The position numbers and the translations under genes are program-made. From Felis catus (Eukaryota), in NCBI RefSeq assembly GCF_018350175.1, contig NC_058368.1:177136001-177200000 (forward strand): a stretch of 64,000 bases of DNA. The letters are read 5' to 3'. A model generated the notes under the pieces. The model was given only the letters and a program-made list of their open reading frames with translations, ran no database searches and was not told the DNA's origin. Positions 36,330 to 49,976 of this stretch are shown here, piece by piece. Within the stretch, counting starts at the first letter, position 1. Every line of letters begins with the position of its first letter.

Positions 36330-37870
36330 CCCATAACTTTTTATTATGAAAAATTTCATATATATATGGGGAAAAAAACAATACAACAAACACCTGTGTA
36401 GTCTTAACACCTAGACTCAACAGTTGTTAACATTTTGCCGTATTTGGATCATTTCTCTGCTCTCTGCCTCAGTCCCCCCCTTTCCTCTCCTTATCCCCTC
36501 TTCCCTCCCCTTGTCTCCCTCTCATCCTTTCTCCTTCTCTGTCTCTCACCTTCTCCTGTCCTCCCCCAAAATACGTATCCTTTGTAGTGGTTAAAAATTT
36601 GACAGTGAGTTGCAAACATGATATTTCATTCTCTAAACATTCCAGCACCTGTCTCCTCTAAGAGTAAGAATAGTCTCTTTCTCTAAAACCACATAAGCAC
36701 ACAGCCACGTACAAGGTATATATCTATCTCTCTCTCTATAATCTATATACATATGTAACCACACATTATAATAGTCATATATTTCATACATTTATAAAAC
36801 CACAATACTATTTTTATGTCTAAGAAAATGAAAATAACTCCATAATGTAATATCAAATATTTAGTTAGGTTTTCCTAATTGTCCCAAGAATGTCTTTTCT
36901 GGCATGCCCCCCCCCCCCTTTGTTTTAATGCCAAGACACCCTTTGTATTTGATTGTTCTATCTCTTTAATTTCTTTTCATTTAGAACATTCCCTCTACCT
37001 TTTCCCCTCCTCTCCCGGCATTGTTTTTGAAGAGTTCAGCTCAGTTGTCCTGTAGGATGTGCAACATTCTTCATTTGTTTATTTCCTTATGGTATCATTT
37101 AACTGGTTTCTGTAGGTACTGTGTTTCCTGTAAACTGGAAGTTAGGTGAGAGGCTTGATTGCAACCAGGTTAAACATTTTGACAAGAATGTTTCATCATA
37201 GGTGAAGTGTACTTTGCATTGAGTCATGTTGGGAGGCACTTGATGACAGGTTATCCCATTATGAGCTATGCTAAATTTGATCCCTTGGCTGAGGTGGCAA
37301 TAGCCAGATCTCTCCTTTTTAAAGGAACAATTTTATCCTCTGCTATTAGAAAGGAATTTATGGGACAGTATTTTGGCACCTTGTAAATACCCTGTTCTGT
37401 TACAACATTTCACCCAGTGGTTTCAGCAGCCTGATCCTAGAATCAGTTGTTATAATGAGAGTTACAAAATTGTGGTTTTCTATCATTCTGTCTACATTAA
37501 TTAGCTATCATTCACAGAGGCCATCCCTGTTTCTTCTCCTTTCTTTTGTGTAGCATCGTACTCTCATGGACTTTTTATTTAGTGTGTTAACAATCAGAGT
37601 CTTTATTGGTGCTTAAATTGTCCCAGATTGGCTAATGAGAGCCCCTTCAAGGTAGTTTCTGCTTCTTTTTCATATGATCCTATCAGTCTTTGTTTCTTGA
37701 CTTTTTACTTTCCCTGCATTTCAGACACCAGCCATTTCTCCAAGAAGCTCTGATTCCTTTTAGTGGGGAATGGTATTTAGAAGCCCAAACCATTGTTGTT
37801 GGGTCGTGTCATTGCTTCTAGACCTTTTCAACAGAGCTATAGAGTATATTTAAAAAGAACCATGAGATCA
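36330..37870 (-). mobile_element. Old L1 (L1MC/ME-like) 3'UTR, antisense to FBXW11
   Basis: T-rich strand with characteristic blocks (ttttattatgaaaaatttca, atttctccaagaagctctgattccttttagtggggaatggtatttagaa). Confidence 0.65.
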
Positions 37871-38015
37871 TGTTCTGATTCAAATTTAATATTAACAGGG
37901 ATGTTTTTCTAAACCCGTTAGCCTTTTGATTTTACAGCATTGTAAGGGACCATATTGATGTGTAATGGCCATCAAGTTGAAATACAAATTGTTATGGAAA
38001 TAGGCAGATAAATAA

Positions 38016-38930
38016 CTTCATTCATTATTCCGCATGTACTCAAACAGGTACTGTTTGATTATTTGGGGAATACAGAACAGAATCAGATATGTACCTGGCT
38101 TCCAGAAGCTTGCAGTCTTTAGCATAAAAAAGTATAGTATAGGGTGAAGACTGGTAGGGATTGTGAGAGGTAGACACACAGTGTTTTACAGTTACTCTTT
38201 GAGGCCTGAGTGGAAATTAGAGGTGATTGTGGGTGTATTGGGGCAGGGGATGGCTTTCATAGCAAAGATAAACAAATGAACGATGGCTGGCAGGCAATGG
38301 TGTGTATTGCCTATAGGGCGGGACAAGTAAGTAGTTCTGTGAATGTTGGAGTATAACTTGGGTGGTAGGATTGAGGGCAGATAAATTTGTAAAGATAGAT
38401 TGTAACCAAATCTTGGACTTTATCCTTTAGGCCATACGTTATAAACCAGTAGCCTGTGGATTGAGCTCCACAGATTTACTTGGTCTGCATAGATTTAAAA
38501 AATTGAGACATTCCTTGTCAACACTGATTTCTGGTTTTGTCTGAAAATTCGAGCTGGGGAGTGGCTGCTTTTTAGAGTCAGGGCTTGTGCTTTCCTGGTT
38601 CCTGTGTCCCCTGTAAGTTTGTCTTTATCTATTTGACCCTTACAAACTTCTGATCTTGTGATCCTGCAGGATTGAAGGAGGGGTGTGAGGGTGGTGGATG
38701 TGATTTGAGAGGAGAGGTGACTGAAAGCTTGAGCAAGACCTGTGCTTTAGAAAGATCACAGTCGGTTTGGAGGATGTTTTGGAGGAGCGAGACAAATACG
38801 TAGACTATTGGAATATTCCAGGGAAATACAAGATAGTAACAGATGGTGCAAAGGGGATAAGATGAAACATTTTTAAATGTAGAATGGTTAGATTGTATTG
38901 ATAGATGAGAGTATGTGTGTGTATATTGAC
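38016..38930 (-). mobile_element. L2 3' fragment(s)
   Basis: Starts ttcattcatt (reverse complement of the L2 tail) and includes tgtgctttagaaagatcac. Confidence 0.55.
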
Positions 38931-39639
38931 GAGAATGTAAATCAAGCTCTATTAAAACATGATGTCCTGTTTTTAAAAAGCTTTGCATTCATAAATTGAT
39001 TTCTGGAAGTTAACCACATGTTTTCATTATCTATTGGTTAATTTTGGAAGATAGTAGTAATAGTTCCATGCATTGTTGTCACTGTGTAAAGTTTAGTTTT
39101 GTAATAGGCCAATAGCATCTTTCATCAAAAAATCTAACTCTGACCCAGCTTTATCTGAAAGTTGTGGATGAAGTGAATATTTATGATCTTATCATTTTCC
39201 TTATAATTATGGAGCTAAATATTCAGACAAAAATATTAATAATGCTATATACTTATTTTTAAAGAGCTGCCTGCTTGTAATTCATTTTCCCCACAGTGTC
39301 TCTCAGAAGTTAATCCAAAGGATAATGAGTTGACATGGAACTGTCTGGTACACTTAAAATCACATGGGTATTAAAACCATGTATGTGGTTACGTATTTTG
39401 GGCATCTTCCCTGTCTGGTTGGGGCATGACTTGATCCAGTTCCATTGTCAATGCCATTACTCCAGGTATTTAATAGCATCACCAGCTTAGGCAGTCTGAG
39501 AGAGATAGACATGCAGAGCATGTAAGTGACAAGACTGGGAGTGAGAGTGACTCACAGTGACAGAATCCATACCAGGATTCTGTGTCATAAGCTTTGGCTT
39601 CAAGGGGTGAACAAAGATTGGTTTAAAGGGCATTTGAAA

Positions 39640-41530
39640 ATACATTTTTGTTATAACTTACATATAGTATAGAACACAAATCAGCTGAAAAAAAACCCAC
39701 AAGTCAGCTGAATGAATTTTTGCATATGTATATACAGCACATTGTGTAATCACTACCCAAATCAAGATATAGAATATTTCCAGAGCCTCTTGAGGGCTTC
39801 CTCATGTTTATGGCTCACCCAGTCCAGACCTCCCAAAGGTCTGTTCTGGTCTTCTTCACTGTAAGCTAGTCATGGCTGTTTTTGGAATCATACAGTTTAT
39901 AGTCTCGTGTCAGTATACAAATGGAATCATACAGTTTATAGTCTCGTGTTTTTTTTTCCCCTGCTTGTTACTATGTGAAATTCACCCATTTTGTTGTAAC
40001 AGGTTCCCCCCGCCCTGCCCCGTGCATTATTCCATAGTATATATAGTCCATGGTTTGTTTATTTTATTGTTGATGAATTAGTTGGATTGTTTCCAAAATT
40101 TGGCTGCTATTGTGAATAGCACTCGTAAGGTGGACATAAGCACTTGGTTCTTTCAGTTATAAAAAACCTAGAGTGGAACTGCTGGGTCATAGGATAGGCA
40201 TATCTTCATATGTAGATACTGCTGAACAGCTTTTCAAGTGCTCGTGCCGATTTACACCCCCACCTCTAATGTGGGGAGTTCCAGTCATCGCTTGGTTTTG
40301 CTAGTCCTTTTAATTTTAGCTATTCGGATGAATGTGTAGTGGTATCTATGACTATAAGCTATTGAGGTATAGTTTACATGCAGTAAAATGCACTCATTTT
40401 AAGTGTACTCTTTGAGTTTTTAGAGCTATATACGCTCATGACCACTACTGTGATCAAGGTGTAGAACATTTCTATCCCCTTCCCATCAAAAAAAACCCCA
40501 AACTTCTCTCATTCCCTTTGCAGTTCCCTCACACCTGTCCTTGGCCTCAAGTAGCCTGCTTTCTGTAACCGTAAATTAGTTGTGCCTGTTTTAGGTGGAC
40601 GTGTCTAGCATATGTAGCATGGATATACTGCAGGTACTCTTGTCTTTAGCTTATTTTGCCCAGTGTAATATTTTTGAGATTCATTCCTGTGGAGTTAGTT
40701 TTTCATTCCTTTTCTTTGCTTAGCACTGTTACATTACACAAGTATACAACAATTTTGTTTATCTGTGCTCCTGCTGAAGAATATTTGGGTTGTTTCCAGT
40801 GTTTGTTGTGAATAAAGCTTGTGTGAACATTTGTGTTCCAATTTTTGTTGGGACATTTCTCTTGGGTATACCTAGGAGTGGAATTGCTGGGAAGTGTAGA
40901 TGTATGTTTAGCTTTTCCCAAAATCGTTGTACATCCTTACGGTTTTCCCTACAATATATGAGAGTTCCAGTTGCTCTACAGCCTTAACAGCACTTGGCAT
41001 TGTCAGACGATTTTAGCCATTCTGACACATGTGAAGTAGTATCTCCTTGTGGTTATAATTTACATTTCTTAAGGACTAATGATGTTGAGCATTTTTACAT
41101 GTGCCTGTTGGCCATTTAGATATCCTCTCTAGAGAAGCGCTTTTTCAAATCCTTTGACCCTTTTAAAAAATGGAGTTACCTCTTTCTTATTGATTTGTGG
41201 GAATTCTTCACAGTAGCCAGGAAACAAAATTCTTTGTCAGATACACATATTGCAGACATCTGTTCTGTGGCTTGCTTTTTCAGTGTCTTAATGTTGTCTT
41301 TTGATGGACAGAAGAAAAGTCTTAATACTTACAAAATCTAATTACTCAAGTTTTTTTTGTTGTTACTGGGTTTTGTGTCCTGTTTAAGAAACTTTGCCTA
41401 CAGTCTTAAAAATATTCTAGCATCTTCATGGTTTTACTATATTAAAATAACTTTTTTTTAATGGTTGAGCTAGGAATCAAGATTCATTTTTTCCCCCATA
41501 TGGTTATCCAGTTAGCTCAGTGCCATTATT
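39640..41530 (-). mobile_element. Two adjacent old L1 3' fragments, antisense to FBXW11
   Basis: Two successive antisense 3'UTR-to-ORF2 runs (39640-40345 and 40355-41530) containing cctaggagtggaattgctggg and taatgatgttgagcattttt. Confidence 0.75.
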
Positions 41531-43649
41531 TACACATACATTAAAAAACTATTGAAAAACTGTTGAAGAACACAAGAACATATGAACATAAGAAGCTTTT
41601 GTTTTTACAGAATTAACCGTCTTTACAATAGAACAGTTAAAAGAAAAATAATGTAAAATAAGAAACAAAAAGAAAAAATTCCTGAGAACTGTTAACATTT
41701 AGTATTTACCTTCCTTCGTGTACATACTTTTTCTTTTATGTACATTTCGTATGTTTTTCACATGTAAAATTGTTTTGCAAACTGCTTTTAAAATTCAGCA
41801 ATACTTGTGGCATCTTTCTGAGCCATTTTATATTTCTTTATAATATTTTGAAGGTGTGCCTTATGTGTATGAATGTGGAAATAGCTAACTAGTTAAACTC
41901 TTACTTTGTTAGACCTTTAAATTATTTCTAATTTATAACAACTTAAAGCTGGCTTGTTCCTTCTTATAATCTAATTTTTGAATACATCCATGAGTATGAT
42001 CTTGAGTATTAATTTCTAAGAGGTGGAATTGATGGGTCAAATACACATTTTTAAGAACATGGTTATTTTGTATGGCCAAAAGTTTTATCCATTTTCTATT
42101 ACTTATATGGACATTAATATTCTTTATATTTTCTCTATAAAATTGCTGTTTTCTCCATGTTTATGCCATTTTTGAGTGTTAGTAATTAAATAATACCAAT
42201 TTGGTTAAAGAATTAAGTGATTTCTGTAAGCACTAGTGTTATTGGGTATGTTATGATGCTTGTCGCTATTTATGTTTCTTTTGTGAAGAAAGGGAAATGT
42301 GTAGAATAGTTGTAGTTGTACTCTTGTTGATTTAAATCCAGGTGCCTTGGGGAATTTGGCGGAAGGAAGTCACCAGGGTAGGGAACTTCTGAGTTTGTTG
42401 TGGCTGGGACAGTGTTGCCTTTTTGTGATCAAAATGGCCATTTTTGGTAGAAGCCAGCTGCAGAAATACTTGCTTTACTCAGCGACCTGTCTGTGGCGAG
42501 CTTAAGCTGGTCCCTGCTCTGGCCAGACCCTGGCTTCAGATGCTCTTTGTGAAGCTCTTTGGGATCACTCGCTGCCTCAAGGACACTCCTTCCTACTAGC
42601 CTGCTTTGAGCTAGGAGGCGAGGTTCTGCTGGGAATTTCATGTACTTTTTAGGTAGGCTTCTGTTTATTTACATTCAGTGAACCCTACTTCCACTCCTGG
42701 TTTTTTTTTTTTTTTAATTGTATTTTATAGAAATTTCTTGAAATGTTTTATATATGTGCAGGGCATCCTAGCCAGGTTTCCAGTGCCAATGTAGACTCTT
42801 TTATTTTGACATTGCTTTGATGATTTCAGTTGCACCAATCAGAAATCCCAACCTTGACACCTCTGTTTCCCTCCTAAGTCTTGTCTGGTTTTGTTCCTTT
42901 TCATTCTAGCTTTCTGTACTTAGTTACAGTGATTCCCCACCCCTTTCTCTAGTGTCTTGACCCAACAAGTTCTTTATTGGGGAAACTTCACCCTTTCCTC
43001 CTTTCTTGCATAATTAACCTCTGTGTGTCCTTCAGAGCTGATTTCAAGCATCAGTTCTTTAGGGGTTGTGTCTGGATCACCTAGGTGCCCCTACAGGTTG
43101 GATTCCCCTGTCACATTCTTAGCACTCACTTCTTTTCCTTCGCCGCTGTTAACATAATTGTACTTGATAAATGTATTGCACAATCCCCCACTAGACAGCT
43201 CCTTTGTTAGAAAGTACTCTTCATGGGGACAAGGATCATGTCTGTCATGCCACATTCAGCTCATAGAATATTTCCAGCATACAGTGCATACCCTATAGCT
43301 GCCCAGTTGAATGAGGGAATAAATTTGGGAGGGCAAATGAGAATTACCATGTTGTATCAGAAGTTTATATTCACTTTAAAAATGAATTTATTTGTTCCTT
43401 ACATGCTTGGTGTTTCCAGTTTCAGTATCATCTCTTAATTTTAAATGACTTGATCCTGAAGATTAAACCGTCGGCATTAGAAACTCCTTTCAGGGGTCAA
43501 AAAGCATCCCTTCTTTCCCTCTGCCTCTAAACCAGATTTCTAAATCTGTTATTGACTTCTAATCTCTCCAGATTATTTTGCTAATACTTAAGCTGTCATT
43601 CTGAAGGATTTGTCAACTGTTGTAACTGCTGATTCTTTCCTCCTCCTCT

Positions 43650-43653
<4 letters not shown>

Positions 43654-43695
<42 letters not shown>
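43654..43695. repeat. (GT)n microsatellite
   Basis: Uninterrupted GT run of about 20 units. Confidence 0.95.
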
Positions 43696-43696
<1 letters not shown>

Positions 43697-44849
43697 TGTC
43701 TAATAGGATCACTATTCCTGGGAGTTGGTTCCTTAGGTCAAGTAAATTGGGTAAATTCCTCATATAATCTCCTCTTGGAAATTCACTTAATAGTTGTCAT
43801 TTTAATAATTTGTTTCCCAACATTTCCCAAACTTTCTGACCCCAGAATTCTTTTCCTCTATTGTGGTTTAAAACCGATGCAATCTAAGAGCTATTCTTGA
43901 CTGTCATTTTTGTCATTTCATCCCAACTTCTTGTATTCAAGAGTTCTCTATCTTCTTGTCAAAGTAATGAGGGAGGGAGCTAGCACTTGTTAAATGCCAG
44001 ATTTACATCTGTTATTCCTTTTAACCTTCTATAACTTTGAGTGAAAGATAGGCTTATTTTCTACATTTTAGCATGTGAGGAAACTGAGACTGGAGAGGAG
44101 AGGTTTTTTGTTTTTTTGTTTTTGTTTTTTGCTGAAGGCCACATAATGGGTTTTATCTATATCTGTTTATCTGCGGTGTCTACAAAGCATTGTGTTCTTT
44201 CCCTTGTGTAGAGAAAAACACTCTTCTGCTGATTTGAGAAACTGCACCTCCAGCTATCACTTAAGTTCGTTTGAGGAGTGTTAGCCTCAGGAGCCGCAGG
44301 GCCTCTAGGCTCTTGGTGGGCAGCAGCGTTGGTGCTTGAAGAGATGGAGAAGAGAAGGCTGAGAAAAGCCTGGACTCCTCCTGCCTTTGTAAGCCTTCAT
44401 GCTTTCTTCTCTCCCTCATTCCTTGCTTACTTCATTCTCTTCAGTTCCAGGCTTTCCTACTGTATGTGACTTCTTCGTTGGAATTTTAGGTTGGCTTTTA
44501 TCAGTAACATAGGAGCTAATACTTATTGGGTGCCTGCTTTGGATGTAGCAGGCTGTCCTCTCTAGCCCTCTAAATAGCCGACTCACTTAAAGTCACATAG
44601 TGTTGAACCTGGGATCTTAACCCACCTCTGTTTTTGTGTTTTTGGTTTTTTTTTAGCCTCAGTAAATTTTTTCATAGGGAAAACCTACCTAAGCAATTAA
44701 AATCTATGAAATCATGGGTTTGATGTGCTAGTTATTTTTTATAATATATATTGAAGTATATGGCTATTAAACATTAAAACATCATTTACATACCACTGAA
44801 AATCACCTTGAATATTAAACCTTGGGAAATGTTCCTGTAATCCACCCTT

Positions 44850-45770
44850 TTAACTTTTTCTCTTTATCTGTTTATTCATGAATACTTCAGTATGCATCTG
44901 TAAAAGAGGAGGACTTTAAAAACAAAGCAAAAGATTGTTAAAAGCACACACAGAGCACACAATTCCATTATTATACCTAAAACATTACCAGTATTCCTTG
45001 CTATCAAATAGTCTGTTTATATTTGCCTACTTGTCTCAGAAATAATTTTAGAATTAATAAACTTAATTTTTTAGAATAATTTTAGATTTACAGAAAAATT
45101 GAGCAGACAGTACAGAATTTCATGTATTTTCCCTCCCCTTGCAGTTTTCCCCACTATTAACATCTTACATCAGTGTGGTACACTTGTTAAAATTAATGAA
45201 CTAATATTGATGTTTTATTATTAACTACAATCCATAGTTTATGCAAGTATCCTTAGCTTTTTTTTTTTTTTTTTTTAACCTCACGTCCTTTTTTTGCTCC
45301 AGGATCCCATCCAGGATGCTATCTTAACATTCAGTGGTCATGTGTCCTCAGGCTCTTCTTGGCTGTGCCAATTTCTCAGACTTTGTTCTTGATGATGTTG
45401 ACAGTTCTGAGGAGTTTTGGTCAGGTATATTGTATTGCCCTCTATTGAATTATCTTGATTTTCTCATAAATGGTTTTTTAATAATTGTTTTTTTTTTCAG
45501 TTTAGGGGCCAGACTTGGTTCACACCTTGCATATAGTTAATAGCCTCTTAAATCTTTTTAATCTATAAAAATTGCCCCTCCCATTTTTTTTTCTTGTATA
45601 TTTATTGAAGAACTGGGTTGGTCATTTGTTGTGTGTAACTTTACAAATTCTGGATTTTGCTGATTATATCCTCTTTAGGTCTACATATTCTCTTCTTGGT
45701 ATTTCTTGCAAATTGGTAGTTAAATCCAGAGGTTTGTTGGATTCAGGTTCAGTGTATTCTGTATTCGTTA
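44850..45770 (-). mobile_element. Old L1 3'UTR fragments, antisense
   Basis: ttttagatttacagaaaaattgagcaga.agtacaga and tccaggatcccatccagga blocks typical of L1MB/MC 3' ends. Confidence 0.6.
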
Positions 45771-47351
45771 AAAAACAAAACACAACATAACCCGTGCTTG
45801 CTCTCCTGTGCCATGGTGCTTTCTTATTTTTGTGATATTCTCTGTTCTTTCCAAGTAGCTGAGTTTTGAAGAAACCTAGGACTCTCATGCATGTACGTTT
45901 TTCTGAGTTAAAAATTGTATAATTAAAAAAAAAATGCATCATTTATTGATGGTAGGTAGTGCAGCAGTATGGTGGCAGGCATGTCTACATGTAGTTGTCA
46001 ATTTTGCCAAGGACGATGATGACACAATTTATGGTATTGACCATCAGTATTAGAGTATTATTCCTGTAGGTTTTTATTTTTAACCTTCTCCTTTTCCCAA
46101 TTCAGATATGTAATGACTTTTGCTACTGTTAGTATATACTTAAACTTTATTTAAAAAAAAGAATTTGAATGATTACAATGACACATACAGTGTAGGAACA
46201 TAAAAACAAAATAAGTGGGAAAATGAAGATGAAAGGAAAAATAAATGTAGGAAAATAAGATGAAGGAAGGAGTAAAGTAATGTAAAAATGCACAGAATAA
46301 GATCAATTATCATAGGAGGGGCACAGATTAGGCTCTGCTTGTCGATAGTGTTCTTTGTAGCAGTTTGCAGGAATTTTGTATTTTTAGATGACAAATATAT
46401 TACTTTCCCCAGGGTTATTTATTTATTTGGTGTTTGTACTCAGTAATGCCAGTCTCATTGCTTATTTGGAATGAAGTGCCTGCTAAGATGTGGGTCAGGT
46501 TTCTCAGTGTTTGGTTTCAGAGCTCATTAGAAAATCAGGACTCATTTTTTTCTGTTGTGCCTTCTTTGTACAGTTTTCTTACAGTTTTGATTCGTTTATC
46601 CTGTTATATAGGTTTTTTGTTCTCTAGTCTCTGTTGTAGAACACAAATGAGATATTCTTGGGACATTTAGTTTTGAAAACCTTTGTTTATTAGTAGAATA
46701 AAGTGTGACTTTATAGGAAAGAAAATAAGAATTTCAGAATGTTTCACCAGCAGAATATGGTGTCTTTATAACTTTGGCCATATCAGATATCTTTTTTGAG
46801 TTTTGCCTGTTGTATTCACACTAAATAGTTCAGGTTTCTTCCGTTCTTTCCAGTTAAAGTGGCCGAAAAGCCTACTTAAAGCTGGTTTAAGCCAAAACAC
46901 GGAATTTGTAATACGAAAAATACAGAGGTAGTTATGGATTCAGGTTTCTTCCTCAGATGCAAAGTGATACCTCCTGGTGACCCAACTCCACACTCTCCCT
47001 TGTGGTAGCATGAGGAGGGCATCAGCACCTCCAGCTCTCATCGTCTCATGTTCAAGCTCAGTGGGAAAAGAGATGTCTTTTCTTGTGGCTTCCATAGAGG
47101 TCCTGGGATTCGAAGCAGAACATGTGCCCACCTCTGAATTCATTGCTGTGATTAGGAGATATGGGCAGAAAACAAAATGTCACCATCAGCCCCTTAAAAT
47201 TATAGCACATTCTTCTCTGGCCCCTGAGTCAGGTTTTTGCCCTGCATGTAAACTTTCTGGACTTTCCATGTTAATTATTTGATAACAAATATTTATGGAG
47301 TTCCTACTATGAACAGGCACTATAAGGACTTAAAAATATTACATTGTGAAG

Positions 47352-47542
47352 TTTTTAATGTTTATTTATTTTTGAGAGAGTGAGTGGGGGGGGGGAGGGG
47401 CAAAGTTGGAGGGGGACAGAGGATCCAAAGTGTGTTCTGTGCTGATGGCAGAGCCTGATGTGGGACTCGAACTCATGAACTATGAGATCATGACCTGGGT
47501 CAAAGTCCCATGCTTAGCCGACTGAGCAACCCTGGTGACCCC
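47352..47542 (-). mobile_element. Can-SINE
   Basis: Antisense copy with TSD aaaatat(t/c)acattgt. Confidence 0.9.
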
Positions 47543-47649
47543 AAAATATCACATTGTAAATTGGTAAATTGCCTTTCCAGTTGCTTGTAGAATTCTCTAT
47601 TTTTATGTTATTATGGAAAGATAACAGTTGTTTTGGAAATAAACTATAA

Positions 47650-47727
47650 TTTTTATTTTATTTTTGTTTTTATTTAAAGATTTTATTTTTGTAAATGTTT
47701 ATTTTTGAGAGGGAGCGAGTGGGGAGG

Positions 47728-47769
<42 letters not shown>

Positions 47770-48013
47770 TACAGAGAATGCCAAGTAGGTTCCAAGCTGT
47801 CAGTGCAGAGCCCAATGCAGGGCTTGAACTCACAAACTGTGAGATCATGACCTGAGCTGAAATCAAGAGTTGGACGCTCAGCTGATTTGAGCCACCCAGG
47901 TGCCACTTAAAGATTTTATTTTTAAGTAATCTCTACATCCAACATGAGGCTTGAACTTACAACCCTGAGATCAAGAGTTGCATGCTCTACCGACTGAGCC
48001 AGCCAGACACTCC
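47650..48013 (-). mobile_element. Can-SINE (about 47690-47905) nested in the tail of a short SINE
   Basis: Inner TSD ttaaagattttatttt; outer TSD tggaaat.aa.tata. Confidence 0.85.
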
Positions 48014-49121
48014 TGGAAATGAAGTATACTTTTTAAAAGAAAATTGATGACTTTAAGATTTTCCTGTGGTTTATAGACCAGTTTTTGGCTTAGGAATTTG
48101 ATTATTTTCAACATCAGAGTAATATCACCTTTTGAGCCTTTTTTCATTTACGTCCCAATCTTAGTAGCTGTTTCTGTTGTTTCTTTGTAGAATTTTAACT
48201 CACCAGTTAAAAGAAATATGGCTTGTGGATTTTTTTTCCCCTCTTAAATGCAGCAGGAAATGTTCCTTTGAGATTTGTTTTCTGATCTTCCTCTCAATTC
48301 TGTATTCTCTCAGAGTTAATGAAAAATTTATTATGATGGTGACATCTGTGTTCTGTGCTTTGTAGAACATCTTGGCTGATTGCGTATAGCTGAGTCATTC
48401 ATAAAGTTATTAAAACAGTGAAGTTGAACAAAGAAGTCCAGTATCTCTTAAACTTATATTTGGGCTTTCCATCTTGACTTCATTACTTTGTGTGAGGACT
48501 CCCAGAGTGCTACCGTCTACCCATGTTCATATGTACTCCTGCAAAAAGAGTCTGAAACGTACAGGTTGACCTTACTGGAGCATGTGTTCAGCAGTAATTA
48601 TCTGCTGTTGAGACTAGGTGCTTTCAAGAGGATGCGCACCAAAAGCACAATGTGAGAGATTTAGAGGACTTAGGCTAGAAAAGCATTTTAAGAAGACGGA
48701 CAGAATGCTCTGTAGAGTCCCTTTCAGCTCCAGAATATAATGAAATCTCTGGCTTCAAGCAGTGAGAACTCTCCTTACCCAGTTGCCTGCAGGAAACAGA
48801 CAGTGTGAAGGGAATCAAAGACATCCTTGCTGTGCAGCAAGCAGCAGGAATCCTTCACTAAGGCAGCCCTAGCCCCTGGCTGAAAGACAGATTCATTTGT
48901 TCGCAGGGCCCAATGGATTGTGAGGCACATAACTTCATTCTTATTTGAAACCAAGGTCAGCCTAGGATATGAGGACAATGGACTACATGAGAAACTAGAG
49001 CAAGTGTAAAGTTTGCTATAAATTTAATTAAGGGATGATAAAATGTGACCCTTTATAGGTTAGCTTTGACAACTCTTTGTGCTCTTCCTAGCTAAAGAAG
49101 CAAAATTTTGATTGCCATTGT

Positions 49122-49376
49122 TTTCTTTTCTTTTTTTTTAAGTTTTTAAATTTATTTTGAGAGAGAGTGGGAGTGTGCAAGAGGGAAAAGGGGGGGGGAG
49201 AGGGGGGGAGAGAGAGAGAAAGAAGAGAAGAGAAGAGAAGAGAAGAGAATATTCCAAGCTGGCTCTGTGCTGTCAGGGCAGTGCCCAGCTCGGGCTCAAT
49301 CCCATGACCCTGGGACCATGGCCTGAGCTGAGATCCAAAGTCAAACGCTTAACCAATTGAGCCATTCAGGCGCCCC
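49122..49376 (-). mobile_element. Can-SINE
   Basis: Antisense copy with TSD att(g/a)ccattgtttt. Confidence 0.9.
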
Positions 49377-49665
49377 AATTACCATTGTTTTCTAAGTCAG
49401 TCAATACACAGTTGATTGTGTTTGTGTATGTATAAAGTTTTAAACACTGAGACTCTACTAACTTGGCTGGTTAGGTCTCTGAAAGTAAGTATACATTTGA
49501 GAAATCAGCAGTGTTTAGAAAATGTTAGAGGGCTTGTTTACAGGGTGTAAGGTCTGAATTGAAAAGATTTCTTTATAGGACCAACTATCATTCTATAGAT
49601 GCTTTTTCAGAGTTAATAATGAAACAGGAAGCATATTAGATGGTGAAAGCTTTGAAAGTCTTTGG

Positions 49666-49696
<31 letters not shown>

Positions 49697-49752
49697 GTAT
49701 TTTGGTGTTTTTAAAATACCATTAGTTAGTAGGGTTTAGGTTTTAATACTCT

Positions 49753-49976
49753 TTTTTTTAAAAGATTTTTTTTTAATGTTTATTTATTTTTTTTGAGACA
49801 GAGAGAGAGCATGAGCAGGGGAGGGGCAGAGAAAGAGGGAGACACAGAATCTGAAACAGGCTCCAGGCTCTGAGCTGCCAGCACAGAGCCCGACGCGGGG
49901 CTCAAACCCACGAACCGTGAGATCATGACCTGAGCTGAAGTCGGACGCTCAACTGACCGAGCCACCCAGGCGCCCC
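49753..49976 (-). mobile_element. Can-SINE
   Basis: Antisense, CpG-rich copy with TSD ggttttaatactctt. Confidence 0.93.
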
